From Candidatus Kuenenia stuttgartensis (lineage in GTDB: Bacteria; Planctomycetota; Brocadiia; Brocadiales; Brocadiaceae): a stretch of 32,000 nt of DNA. The position numbers and the translations under genes are program-made. This document shows, one piece after another, positions 1 through 8,367 of the stretch. Where the stretch lies: positions 1,920,001-1,952,000 of the forward strand of contig NZ_LT934425.1 of assembly GCF_900232105.1 (NCBI RefSeq). The letters run 5' to 3'. The notes below the pieces were generated by a model. It saw only the letters and a list, made by a program, of their open reading frames with translations, did not search any database and had not been told where the DNA came from. The stretch's first letter is position 1; each line of letters starts with the position of its first letter.

Positions 1-2
1 AA

Positions 3-1253
3 ATGATTCATATTGTTGCAAGCGACAACGCGCTCACGCAGGAGGGGAAAAAGATACTTCTTAATTACGCTGATACCCTGGGACTTAGCCAGGCAACAGC
101 TTCCGATATGATAACAACAGAAACAGACAAGATGGGGGTGAGGCAACATCAACCATCTTCTCATTCAAGGCCAATTATTGTCGTCAGACAGTCCGGCACT
201 TCTCAACAACCTGAGCTCCCAAACTATTATGCTCTTTTGGAAATAGACGCAACTGCCGGAGAGCATGAAATTCTGGAAGCATATAAAAGAAAAGTGTCTC
301 TTTGGGAAAGCCTGAGTTCAAACCCAAAATTCAGGGACTTTGCCCTGCGAAGAATAGGTACCTTGCGGGAGGCCGTTGATATACTCCTCAATCATGACCG
401 GCGAAGGAGATATGACTATGAATTATTTGGCAAAGGGAAAAAACCTGTCCGGAAAGCCTCGCAAGGAAAAAACAAAACCATAACGGCTGTCCTTGGCGGT
501 GTAGCAATGGTAACTGTGGCGGCAATGATTGCCGTTGTTTTAAACAAGGGCAAGAATTTTCCTCCGGCAATAGTTGCCCCCGAGCCGTATATTTCCAAAA
601 ACAAGGACATGCATGATGTTTTGGTGCAGGAAGATGTATCTCCATTTTATAAGGGGTGGCTGGGCGCAACAATCCAGGAGATTGACCCTGCACTGGCGGA
701 GGCTTTTGGTGTTGACATTACAGAAGGAGTCATTGTGACGGAGGCACTGGGTAACTCTCCCGCGGAATCCGCAGGACTCCGGAGCGGTGATATCATTGTT
801 GAGTTTGACGGGACGAAGTTGCGGCACGCAAATCACCTGAATTTCATGGTGGAACAAACAGGAGCAGGGAAGCATGTTGCGATGAGAATCATACGAGACC
901 GCAAAGAAATGGAGCTAAATGTGATTCTTGGCGAACGACCAACTGTACTCTATTCTGCTACGTCACCGGAAACGATACCTCCCGAAAAGAACATTGGCAT
1001 AATGGTACAAAACGTATCCGAAAATGAAAACGGGGGTGAGGGGGTATTGGTTATTGATGTGCAACCGGAAAGCGCGGCTGCAAAATATAATATAGAAAAA
1101 GGTGATATCATTACGGAAATAAATAGAAATAAAATTTCAAATGTCGCTGAATTTATAAGGGCATTGATCTCTGCTGATGCCGATGAAAAAATACTCCTGC
1201 ATATAAAGAAAAGCGATATTTCGCTTTATCTTACCATCGATCCTGCGGAATAA
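3..1253 (+). CDS. J-like domain / transmembrane / tandem PDZ domain protein (ATG 2 nt from window edge, possibly 5'-partial)
   Basis: ORF 3..1253. NYYALLEID...EAYKRKVSLWESL...RRRYD aligns to the DnaJ J-domain helices, but the HPD position reads ESL. Hydrophobic span ITAVLGGVAMVTVAAMIAVVL. Two HtrA-type PDZ-like segments (GWLGATIQEID...SGDIIVEFDG and IGIMVQNV...KGDIITEINR). Confidence 0.7.
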   Translation: MIHIVASDNALTQEGKKILLNYADTLGLSQATASDMITTETDKMGVRQHQPSSHSRPIIVVRQSGTSQQPELPNYYALLEIDATAGEHEILEAYKRKVSLWESLSSNPKFRDFALRRIGTLREAVDILLNHDRRRRYDYELFGKGKKPVRKASQGKNKTITAVLGGVAMVTVAAMIAVVLNKGKNFPPAIVAPEPYISKNKDMHDVLVQEDVSPFYKGWLGATIQEIDPALAEAFGVDITEGVIVTEALGNSPAESAGLRSGDIIVEFDGTKLRHANHLNFMVEQTGAGKHVAMRIIRDRKEMELNVILGERPTVLYSATSPETIPPEKNIGIMVQNVSENENGGEGVLVIDVQPESAAAKYNIEKGDIITEINRNKISNVAEFIRALISADADEKILLHIKKSDISLYLTIDPAE

Positions 1254-1794
1254 TAGTATAAGGAGGATAAGAAAATTTCACAATTCTAAATTCCTACGCT
1301 GGTATATGCTCAATCAGGTTGAAACCACGGGTTTCAGCTTCCGGAAATTATCATTAATTCTGTCTGTCAAATCAGGTAAGATAGTATTTCAAGTTGAACT
1401 AAAAACTTACGGATTTTAGCTTTGAACCCAGTAAATGAATCGAATACCTTTGCTTTTGCCGAAAAGGAGTACAACGCTTGCCAGGCACGGCTCGATATCT
1501 TTTGTACCCAGAAAAGAGTGGTGTTTTAAAGCAACACAATCTTTTCTGCGATTGCCTATGTGTTCGCAAACAGGAATTGCCGGATAACGCCCCGGTTTTT
1601 CGGGTAATACGTTTTTATTTTCCATAAATAAGTCCTTTTTAAAAAAAATGGTTGTTGTTTTCGTTCCGCTTTCAGTATCATTATTGTCTCATAAGCTTCC
1701 TGTTTTTGGTATTTGAAACTCAAGCCAGAGGCCTGCGTTACTTTGCAAGATATTTCTGAATTATAGTCAAACAAATAAGGTTTTCGAAAAATTT

Positions 1795-1865
1795 ACACCC
1801 CCCCGGCCCCTCTTTTTAGAGGGGAGATGAGAAGTCCCCTCTATCAAGAGGGGATTTAGGGGTGT
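1795..1865. other. nested three-stem palindromic element of unknown function
   Basis: Outer stem ACACCCC (1795-1801) / GGGGTGT (1859-1865) encloses two hairpins with identical stems: CCCCTCT (1807-1813) / AGAGGGG (1818-1824), and CCCCTCT (1836-1842) / AGAGGGG (1847-1853). Confidence 0.5.
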
Positions 1866-1989
1866 GTTTGATAGTATGCTTAGTCAAATAAATCTATTTT
1901 TCAGAAAGCCATTTTATCGCCAAATTTCTAAAATCATATTTATTTGGCTATAACTCAATAACCATGAAAAAAGAATTTGTTCTCAATAC

Positions 1990-2071
1990 TAACACTTTGG
2001 TTATGAAAAAAAACGGCTTGTTCCCAAGCTCCGGCTTGAGAACGGGGTTGTTTGAGAAGCTCCGGCTTCGA
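1990..2071. repeat. degenerate IS66-IRL-like end plus GTTCCCAAG/CTTGAGAAC hairpin (MITE remnant)
   Basis: taacactttggttatgaaaaaaaacggcttgttcccaag closely resembles 25223-25262 (taacactttagttctatgaaaaaaaacgctcgttcccaaa) and the IS66 left end at 17975. Hairpin at 2020-2043, followed by a partial tandem variant at 2049-2071. Confidence 0.45.
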
Positions 2072-2376
2072 ATGTAAAAGGGAATGAACCCATGACAGCT
2101 TGCAGGTTTTTCAGTATGTTACCCCTGACCTTCGCAATTCTATGGCAGATAAACCGCTAAACCAGTCAATTCAGGGGAAGCACAAAATAGGTCTGCACAC
2201 TGTAAGCCATTTTGGTAAATTAACACTTAAAATCAATGGTTACATAGAGATACCTGCCAGAAAATAGCAATTTCCGGAATCGAATTGCAAAAGTCGGGTT
2301 ACCGATGATATTTGAAGACCTCTTTTGAACCAAATAATTATTGCTAAATGGAAGCAAGAGCCTCCAATGCAATTGT

Positions 2377-2400
2377 GTTCCCAAGCCGGAGCTTGGGCAC
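2377..2400. repeat. REP-like hairpin GTTCCCAAGC-cgga-GCTTGGGCAC
   Basis: Palindrome of the same family as 2020-2043, 21092-21135 and 25254-25299. The following gagc matches the MITE sequence ttgggaacgagc. Confidence 0.4.
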
Positions 2401-2487
2401 GAGCATTTCTGCTTTTCCAAAAATCTAAACCGTTACCAATTTAATTGTTTTTTCGAAATGAAAGAGGAATAAAAAAGGAGGCAATCT

Positions 2488-2676
2488 ATGAAGGCAAAGG
2501 TGGATCAAGATATGTGTATCGGTTGCGCTTTATGTACTCAAATCTGTCCCGAAGTTTTTAAAATGGAAGATGACAAGGCAGTAGCATATGTTGCTATTGT
2601 TCCTAAAGAGGACGAAGATGCCTGTAAAGAGGCGGCAGGTGAATGTCCTGTCACTGCGATAATAATAGAAGAATAA
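2488..2676 (+). CDS. small single-cluster [4Fe-4S]/[3Fe-4S] ferredoxin
   Basis: 62 aa with CIGCALCTQICP plus a distal ECP cysteine. Strong SD aaaaaggagg 7 nt upstream of the ATG. Confidence 0.85.
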   Translation: MKAKVDQDMCIGCALCTQICPEVFKMEDDKAVAYVAIVPKEDEDACKEAAGECPVTAIIIEE

Positions 2677-2796
2677 GAGAATTTAAGCAGAGGGGCGGGG
2701 AAATCTTGAAAATCAGGAACGGGCTAACGGTTGTTATTGTTGTAAAACTAAACAGGATTATTTATAGTGTGAAGTGAAGGAAGGTTTAAATTTGCC

Positions 2797-3141
2797 ATGT
2801 TTAAAATAAAACGGGTTTATGAAAAACCAGATGAAGGCGATGGGATAAGGGTATTGATTGATCGCCTATGGCCGCGGGGTCTCAAAAAAGAAGAGGCTAA
2901 AATCGACCATTGGATGAAAGAAATCAGTCCCAGTGATACGCTCCGTAAATGGTTTGCTCATAAAGAGGATCGGTGGCAGGAGTTTGAAAGCCGTTATATG
3001 AAAGAGTTGAAAGATAAAAACGACCTCTTGAAACAATTGATAGATTTGGGGAAAAAGGAAAAGGTTACTTTACTATATGCTGCCAAAGATGAGGGACGAA
3101 ATAATGCACAAGTACTTTTGGAGGTGTTGAAAAAGAAATGA
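2797..3141 (+). CDS. DUF488 family protein (YeaO-like)
   Basis: KRVYE.P...DG.R.L.DRLWPRG.KK......W.KE..PS..LRK.F ... LLYAAKD...N.A.VL matches my recollection of E. coli YeaO along its whole length. Confidence 0.8.
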   Translation: MFKIKRVYEKPDEGDGIRVLIDRLWPRGLKKEEAKIDHWMKEISPSDTLRKWFAHKEDRWQEFESRYMKELKDKNDLLKQLIDLGKKEKVTLLYAAKDEGRNNAQVLLEVLKKK

Positions 3142-3323
3142 GTTGGGATTGTCCACATCAAAAAAAAGATGAATGTGTAAGATTAAAGAAATTATGCCTG
3201 CCATTGCAGAAAGGGTGTGTGCTGGAGGGAAGGGTACAATATATAGACTATCAACCGGATAAGAGAGAAGAAGTGTCAAATATTAAATATTTTAAAAAGC
3301 TAATTCCCAAAAAAGAGGATTAA
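3138..3323 (+). CDS. hypothetical small Cys-containing protein
   Basis: 61-aa ORF. Its ATG overlaps the DUF488 stop (ATGA), and it ends 4 nt before the HAO-like start. A decayed paralogous stretch at about 8510-8575 retains PLQ.GCVL.G. No family recognised. Confidence 0.45.
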   Translation: MSWDCPHQKKDECVRLKKLCLPLQKGCVLEGRVQYIDYQPDKREEVSNIKYFKKLIPKKED

Positions 3324-3327
3324 ACAC

Positions 3328-4992
3328 ATGTGCAACAAAACAAACCTGCTAAAGATTTTTAATATGTTTTTATTCCTGGGGTTGTCAGTTTTTAGCGTCG
3401 TATGTACTGAGGCTAATGAGTTACACAGAGATGACCAGGCATTGACCGGGGACTTTTCACATTTACCGAAGAAAGCTGTTGAAGTTGAAGAGCAATACCC
3501 ACCAGATGTAAAGCCAGGTCCGGTAATAACCGCTGCGAATAAAATATGCGTCGAATGCCATAAAAACCAGACGCCTGCTCTGGTAATGGAATGGGAGCGA
3601 TCACTGCATGCTCAAAAAGCGGTAGGGTGTGTTGATTGTCACAAGGCTAATGAAGGAGAAATAGACGCCTGGCAGCATATGGGAGCTTTGATTTCTACAT
3701 TAGTTACTCCCAAAGACTGCTCAAATTGCCACGCAACTGAGTATAAAGAGTTTTCCAGAAGTCATCATGCAAAAGCCGGAGAGATCTTAGATAGCCTTGA
3801 TAATGTGCTTGCAGAGAAGGTTATTGGCCTTCCGGACAATAATGCCGATGCCGTTAACGGTTGTTTGCAATGTCACGGAAGCATAATAAGATTTATGCGT
3901 AATGATGCGGGTGAAATATTGCGGGAAGGAGGAAAGCCGGTAATTGACCCTGATACATGGCCAAACAGTGGAATAGGCCGGTTAAATCCGGATGGTTCAA
4001 AAGGTTCGTGCCACGCATGCCATTCGAGACATTCATTTGAGGCAAAATTGTCCAGAGCGCCTGAAAATTGTGGTAAGTGCCACATGGGGCCCGACCATCC
4101 TCAAATGGAAATTTATAGAGAATCAAAGCATGGAATTGCATATACCGCCAATATTGATCACATGGCGCTGGATAAAGAAGGTGATTGGGTGTTGGGAAAG
4201 GATTACTCCGCAGCTCCGACGTGTACCACCTGCCATATCAGCAGCTATATGACATCGGAAGGACAGCATACCGCCAGCAACCATGATGTTGGAGAGCGAA
4301 TTAGCTGGACACTTCGGCCGGTCGTCAGTACAAAGATAAATTTGGTGATATATGAAGATGGTTTTAAAGAAGATTATCCCGATACACGGAAATTGCCTGA
4401 GATTGGTGAAAGGGTTCAGGTGACTGAAAAAATCGTGCAGGAGGAAACGTTGGTTAATAAAATCGTCTCAAAACGTGTTGATAAAATTGTAACATGGCAG
4501 GAACGGCGTGAAAAAATGAAGGGCGTGTGTAGAAATTGCCATAACCATACTCATGTCGACAATTTTTACCACCAATTCGATAGTCTTGTGAACCTCTACA
4601 ACGAAAAATTTGCGAAACCTGCACAGGCAATGATGACTGCGCTGGCTGAGGATGAAGTCTTAAATCCAAATGCACCATTTGAACATGAAGTACAATGGGT
4701 TTTCTGGGAATTGTGGCACCATGAAGGCAGAAGAGCGCGGCATGGAGCAAGCATGATGGGTCCTGATTATACTCACTGGCATGGCATGTATGAGGTGGCA
4801 AAACACTATTATATGAAGTTTTTACCTGCCGTAATTAAGGCCGCTGCCCAAAAGAGTGATGATATGAAGATAAAATACGAACAAAAAATTGAGAAATTGT
4901 TGGAACAAAAAGAACACTTGTGGATGAAGGGCCTTTCGGAAGAAGAAACAGAAGTATTAAAAGCTACCTATAAAAATCGTTATAATGAATAA
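3328..4992 (+). CDS. octaheme cytochrome c, hydroxylamine oxidoreductase (HAO)-like
   Basis: N-terminal signal-like segment. Eight CxxCH motifs (CVECH, CVDCH, CSNCH, CLQCH, CHACH, CGKCH, CTTCH, CRNCH) with HAO-family spacing. C-terminal WHHEGRRARHGASMMGPDYTHWHG block. SD gagga upstream. Confidence 0.85.
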   Translation: MCNKTNLLKIFNMFLFLGLSVFSVVCTEANELHRDDQALTGDFSHLPKKAVEVEEQYPPDVKPGPVITAANKICVECHKNQTPALVMEWERSLHAQKAVGCVDCHKANEGEIDAWQHMGALISTLVTPKDCSNCHATEYKEFSRSHHAKAGEILDSLDNVLAEKVIGLPDNNADAVNGCLQCHGSIIRFMRNDAGEILREGGKPVIDPDTWPNSGIGRLNPDGSKGSCHACHSRHSFEAKLSRAPENCGKCHMGPDHPQMEIYRESKHGIAYTANIDHMALDKEGDWVLGKDYSAAPTCTTCHISSYMTSEGQHTASNHDVGERISWTLRPVVSTKINLVIYEDGFKEDYPDTRKLPEIGERVQVTEKIVQEETLVNKIVSKRVDKIVTWQERREKMKGVCRNCHNHTHVDNFYHQFDSLVNLYNEKFAKPAQAMMTALAEDEVLNPNAPFEHEVQWVFWELWHHEGRRARHGASMMGPDYTHWHGMYEVAKHYYMKFLPAVIKAAAQKSDDMKIKYEQKIEKLLEQKEHLWMKGLSEEETEVLKATYKNRYNE

Positions 4993-5113
4993 AAATGTAA
5001 ATATAGTATATCTCAAAACAATAATTGGTGGAATGAGGATCACAGATATGCTTGTTGGTGATCGCCTCTCAGAAATCTGTTAATTTAATTTTAAAAGAAG
5101 AAAGGGGAAATCT

Positions 5114-5374
5114 ATGAAAGTATCTGTCTATGACACACACGTAGTGAAGAAAAACGGGCTGACAATGCATTTTGATATTATCGTCCCTGATGATCAGACA
5201 CATGAAAAGGTTCTTCAATTTGGCCTTGAATATCTAAAAAGAGTGGGACAGGAGGGACAACCACTCACAACAAAAGAATGTCGTTTCTGCCACATGGAAG
5301 AGGCGTCAGAGGATATTGAAAAGGCTATTAAAGAAAGCGGTTATTACATTTATGAAATGGAAGGATGTCATTGA
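5114..5374 (+). CDS. DUF2024 family protein
   Basis: 86 aa. MKVSVYDTHV..K.G..MHFDI.VP ... EGQPLT.KECRFCH.E.AS ... GYYI.EMEGC pattern recalled for DUF2024. SD aaagggga upstream. Confidence 0.6.
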   Translation: MKVSVYDTHVVKKNGLTMHFDIIVPDDQTHEKVLQFGLEYLKRVGQEGQPLTTKECRFCHMEEASEDIEKAIKESGYYIYEMEGCH

Positions 5375-5409
5375 GAAACACTCCAACCCGATTTTGATGC
5401 GAGGCTAAC

Positions 5410-5595
5410 ATGGAATTCAAAAATTTGTCGAATACTATTAAAATACCAGTGATAGGTCTTGGAACATGGACTATTGGCGGAGGAGATGAAGCAGATACCA
5501 CGTATGATAAAGAGAATATTTCTGCAATAAAAACTGCAATCAAACTTGGAATAACACACATTGATAACGCTGAAGCATATGCCCAAGGCCATTCA
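5410..5595 (+). pseudogene. aldo/keto reductase, 5' portion (gene split by IS insertion)
   Basis: MEFKNL..IKIPVIGLGTW...AIKLGITHIDNAEAYAQGHS, after which the reading frame runs into the IS end at 5596. It continues in frame at 7667. Confidence 0.85.
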
Positions 5596-5803
5596 CACGG
5601 CAACGTCAAAGTCACCCTACGAAAGACGCGGATCAAGAATTTGTGCCAAAAGCTCCCGTCAATAAGTGGAGAAGAAAGTAAAAAACGATAGAATTCCCAT
5701 ATAAATCTGCAGAAATGAGCAAAACAAGCAAAATGTAACGGGAGTATCCCTGTGGTAACGAAAGAGATAGTAAAAAAATAAAGGCTTTTTTTTGTTCTCT
5801 ACA

Positions 5804-6238
5804 TTACAAGCGAAGCATTTGAAGTGCAAGAAAAGGTCTTGCCGCAAAATTTCTGAGCGTCTTTGCAATATTTGGTACATTGAGAAAATGAAACAGCCCA
5901 ACCACAAGGTTCTTCAAAGAAGCCATTGCCCTTGGGGCATTTTGTGTGCGTATTTGAGAATGGTCTTCACGGAAGGAGGTATCACGCACATAATGAAGTC
6001 CATTTTCTATTGACCAGTGTCCGCGGGAAAACTTAAGAATGGTTTTGGGACTTGCTTTTTGTTGTGTCAGGCTGGTAATACCGTAAACAATTTCCTCGGT
6101 CTTTTTGCCGGTCTTGACTTTTGTAAATATTCTATGAATGCAAAATACCTGCTTAACGTAGGGGAAATCAAGATATTCGTTTAATTCGGTGCTGGTCCAA
6201 ATCCTGCGGATTTCAATGCGGCCATGGCCTTTTTCAAT
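5804..6238 (-). pseudogene. C-terminal continuation of the ISAs1 transposase, in a different frame
   Basis: Hand translation gives IEKGHGRIEIRRIWTSTELNEYLDFPYVKQVF...SRGHWSIENGLHYVRDTSFREDHSQIRT with no stops. It joins the upstream ORF if one C is removed from the C6 run (ttttcccccctcag, about 6250). Confidence 0.75.
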
Positions 6239-7562
6239 TGTTTCGTGCTGAGGGGGGAAAAGAACTGAGATTCAGTTCCTTGATGGCTTGTTTTATGGTT
6301 TTTTGATTATCTTTCACCGTGAATATATATTCTGCCTTTTTGTCTTCTACCAGATAACGGGCGGTTTCCTTTTGCGCATGTAAGGCATCGAAAGTAACGA
6401 CACGGTCTTTTATGTCTAAATCATCAAACAATACCGGAACCATCGGTATTTCGTTTGTTTTGCGGTCTACCTGAGTTTGTGCGAGAACTATACCCTGTTT
6501 ATGAAGAAAAGCGGCAAGCAAATGTACCTGTTTGCCGTCAGGCTGTCTTGCACCGCAAAGGGTTTTCCCGTCAACCGCAATGGGCAGGCTTTTATCACCT
6601 ACAGATTGAAACCAACGCGAGAGGACTTTATCAACTGCTTCTGCATCCACCTGCTGTAAGAAACGCCTGATGGTAGGTTCACTCGGTGGTTCGTATCGTT
6701 TCGTTTTTGCATTGTAACGGCAGGAGAGACGTTTGAGCATATTTTGCGGACAACGCTTTGCCCACTCTGCAATGGCGGCAAAGCTCCAGGCATTGCAGAT
6801 GATAGCACAGATAGAAATTGCCAGGATAGAACGTTTCCTGTGGCGAACGCCTCTGGGCATGCGATGTTCAGGGATTTGCTGCAATAATTCGTCAAGAAAT
6901 TCCGCATCTTTTAAAGATAATTTCATAGGCTTTGTCTCCTTTCTTAATTGTATGGTAAGATTAAGGTTGTTAAGTTGTTTTTGGACTTGTGCTTTCAATG
7001 AGCGAACAAAGACCATCTTTGGCTTATTGTGCAGAAGATAGCCTTGTGATGATCTGGCAAAACCGGTTGAATGTCCTAAAAAAATCCATCCTGCGGCCTT
7101 ATAGCAGACGCCTTTAAAAAAACGAGGATCGACAAAGGTCTCCACAAACCAGATTGGATGCCCATAGACCTTAGTCCAGTCTTGTGATAAGCGCTTAAGG
7201 TTAAGAGAAAGAATACGGGAGGCAAGGTTTGGTACGTGTATCTGAGGAAGGATCAGGAAACGTGAGTTGTTTGCTATGAGTTTCAGTCGTTGCGATTTTA
7301 AAAATGGCGGCCATCCAATCCACTTATCGCGAACGGTACATTTTAATGCTGCGGCAGCCCAGCCGATCAAGGCAAGCCATTGTCCCTGTGATTCCGCTAC
7401 GTAGCGAATTGATTCTCCTACGAGAGAACGAAATACAAGGTAATGATGCTGGCGCATCAGTGTGTCCCAATTTGCCTGGTCGTTTTGTGAAACAGGACGA
7501 ACGGTAATTGAATGAAGTAGTTCGTTGTGTGTGTTATCGATTGGTGTTGTATGCTGGTTCAT
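6234..7562 (-). CDS. DUF4338 (DruA-like) domain fused to ISAs1-family DDE transposase, portion upstream of a frameshift
   Basis: Residues ~20-195: GW.AAALK...RD.WIGW...LIANNSRFLILP...NLASRILSL.LKRLS.DW...YGHP...ETFVD..RF.G.CYKAAGW (DUF4338 pattern). These are followed by ISAs1-type RGVRH...SILAISICAI, VDGKTL and FDALHAQKET. Confidence 0.8.
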   Translation of the reverse strand: MNQHTTPIDNTHNELLHSITVRPVSQNDQANWDTLMRQHHYLVFRSLVGESIRYVAESQGQWLALIGWAAAALKCTVRDKWIGWPPFLKSQRLKLIANNSRFLILPQIHVPNLASRILSLNLKRLSQDWTKVYGHPIWFVETFVDPRFFKGVCYKAAGWIFLGHSTGFARSSQGYLLHNKPKMVFVRSLKAQVQKQLNNLNLTIQLRKETKPMKLSLKDAEFLDELLQQIPEHRMPRGVRHRKRSILAISICAIICNAWSFAAIAEWAKRCPQNMLKRLSCRYNAKTKRYEPPSEPTIRRFLQQVDAEAVDKVLSRWFQSVGDKSLPIAVDGKTLCGARQPDGKQVHLLAAFLHKQGIVLAQTQVDRKTNEIPMVPVLFDDLDIKDRVVTFDALHAQKETARYLVEDKKAEYIFTVKDNQKTIKQAIKELNLSSFPPSARNN

Positions 7563-7666
7563 GCCCTATAATATAAAATATTTTAGGGGGAATGTCCACG
7601 TTTTTTTACATATCTTTGTATATTATGCGCTTATGGAAAACTTTGACAGCGCCGTGAGGCCATTCA

Positions 7667-8335
7667 GAAGAACTGGTTGGAAGAGCAATCGTTGGTTTAG
7701 ATAGAAAAAGCCTGTTTATCACCTCGAAAGTTTCACCGGAGCATTTAAGCTATGACAATCTTCTTGCTTCTGCAAAAGGAAGCCTGCAAAGATTAAATAC
7801 GGATTATATTGATTTATATTTGATTCATGCGCCTAATCCGGATATCCCAATACAGGAAACCATGAAGGCAATGGATTTTTTAGTTGAACAGAAACTGGTT
7901 AGGTGTATTGGGGTAAGTAATTTTTCGGTTGACCAAATAAAAGAAGCGCAGAAATATACCAAAAACAAAATAGTTGCTAATCAAATTGAATACAACCTAC
8001 TCGTAAGAGACAAAGGCAGAGTTACAGAGAATATGGAATCTGAAATAATTCCCTATTGCCAGGAAAATAATATTTTCATTATCGCATGGAGACCACTTGC
8101 AAAGGGTAAGCTTGCAAAACCGGGTTTCAAAATCTTAGATGAATTAGCTGATAAGTATCATAAGACGCAGGCCCAAATTGCAATAAATTGGCTAATTTCT
8201 AAAAAGGGGATTGTTGTCATTTCGAAATCAACAAAAGTTGAACATCTTGAAAAAAACCTGGGTGCAATTGGCTGGAAATTAAGACAAGAAGATACTGATA
8301 GATTAAATAACGAATTTATTAATTCAAGGACGTAA
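7667..8335 (+). pseudogene. aldo/keto reductase, 3' portion
   Basis: EELVGRAIVGLDRKSLFITSKV...YIDLYLIHAPNP...CIGVSNF...IANQIEYNLL... continues the 5' fragment at 5410-5595 directly, in frame. Confidence 0.85.
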
Positions 8336-8367
8336 ATAAATTTACAAGGTTGATTATTTTTAGAAAT

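Larger units (their letters stand above)
5596..7656 (-). mobile_element. ISAs1-family insertion sequence (2,061 bp) inside the AKR gene
   Basis: Imperfect terminal IRs CACGGCaacGTCAAAGT (5596-) and reverse complement CACGGCgctGTCAAAGT (-7656). Direct repeat AGGCCATTCA at 5586-5595 and 7657-7666. Removing the element plus one repeat restores the AKR frame. Confidence 0.8.

Noticed and set aside
388-875. Three minus-strand ORFs (388-693, 416-610, 540-875).
   Set aside because: They are antisense to the J-like/PDZ gene and have no motifs.
1416-1774. Two overlapping minus-strand ORFs. Their sequences (RKQQPFFLK...YYPKNRGVIRQFLF and KSKGIRFIYWV) faintly recall the N-terminus of IS200-like/REP-associated Y1 transposases. 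That is tempting because REP-like hairpins are nearby.
   Set aside because: The resemblance rests on a handful of residues across two frames, and no HUH or catalytic Tyr region is present. I cannot support it without a profile search (hmmscan Y1_Tnp on a six-frame translation).
6245-6260. Possibility that the frame change in the ISAs1 transposase is programmed ribosomal frameshifting.
   Set aside because: Joining the frames needs a +1 (or -2) shift at T TTT CCC CCC. IS elements typically use -1 slippage on A/U-rich heptamers with a downstream structure. A one-base expansion of a C run (mutation or homopolymer error) is the simpler explanation.
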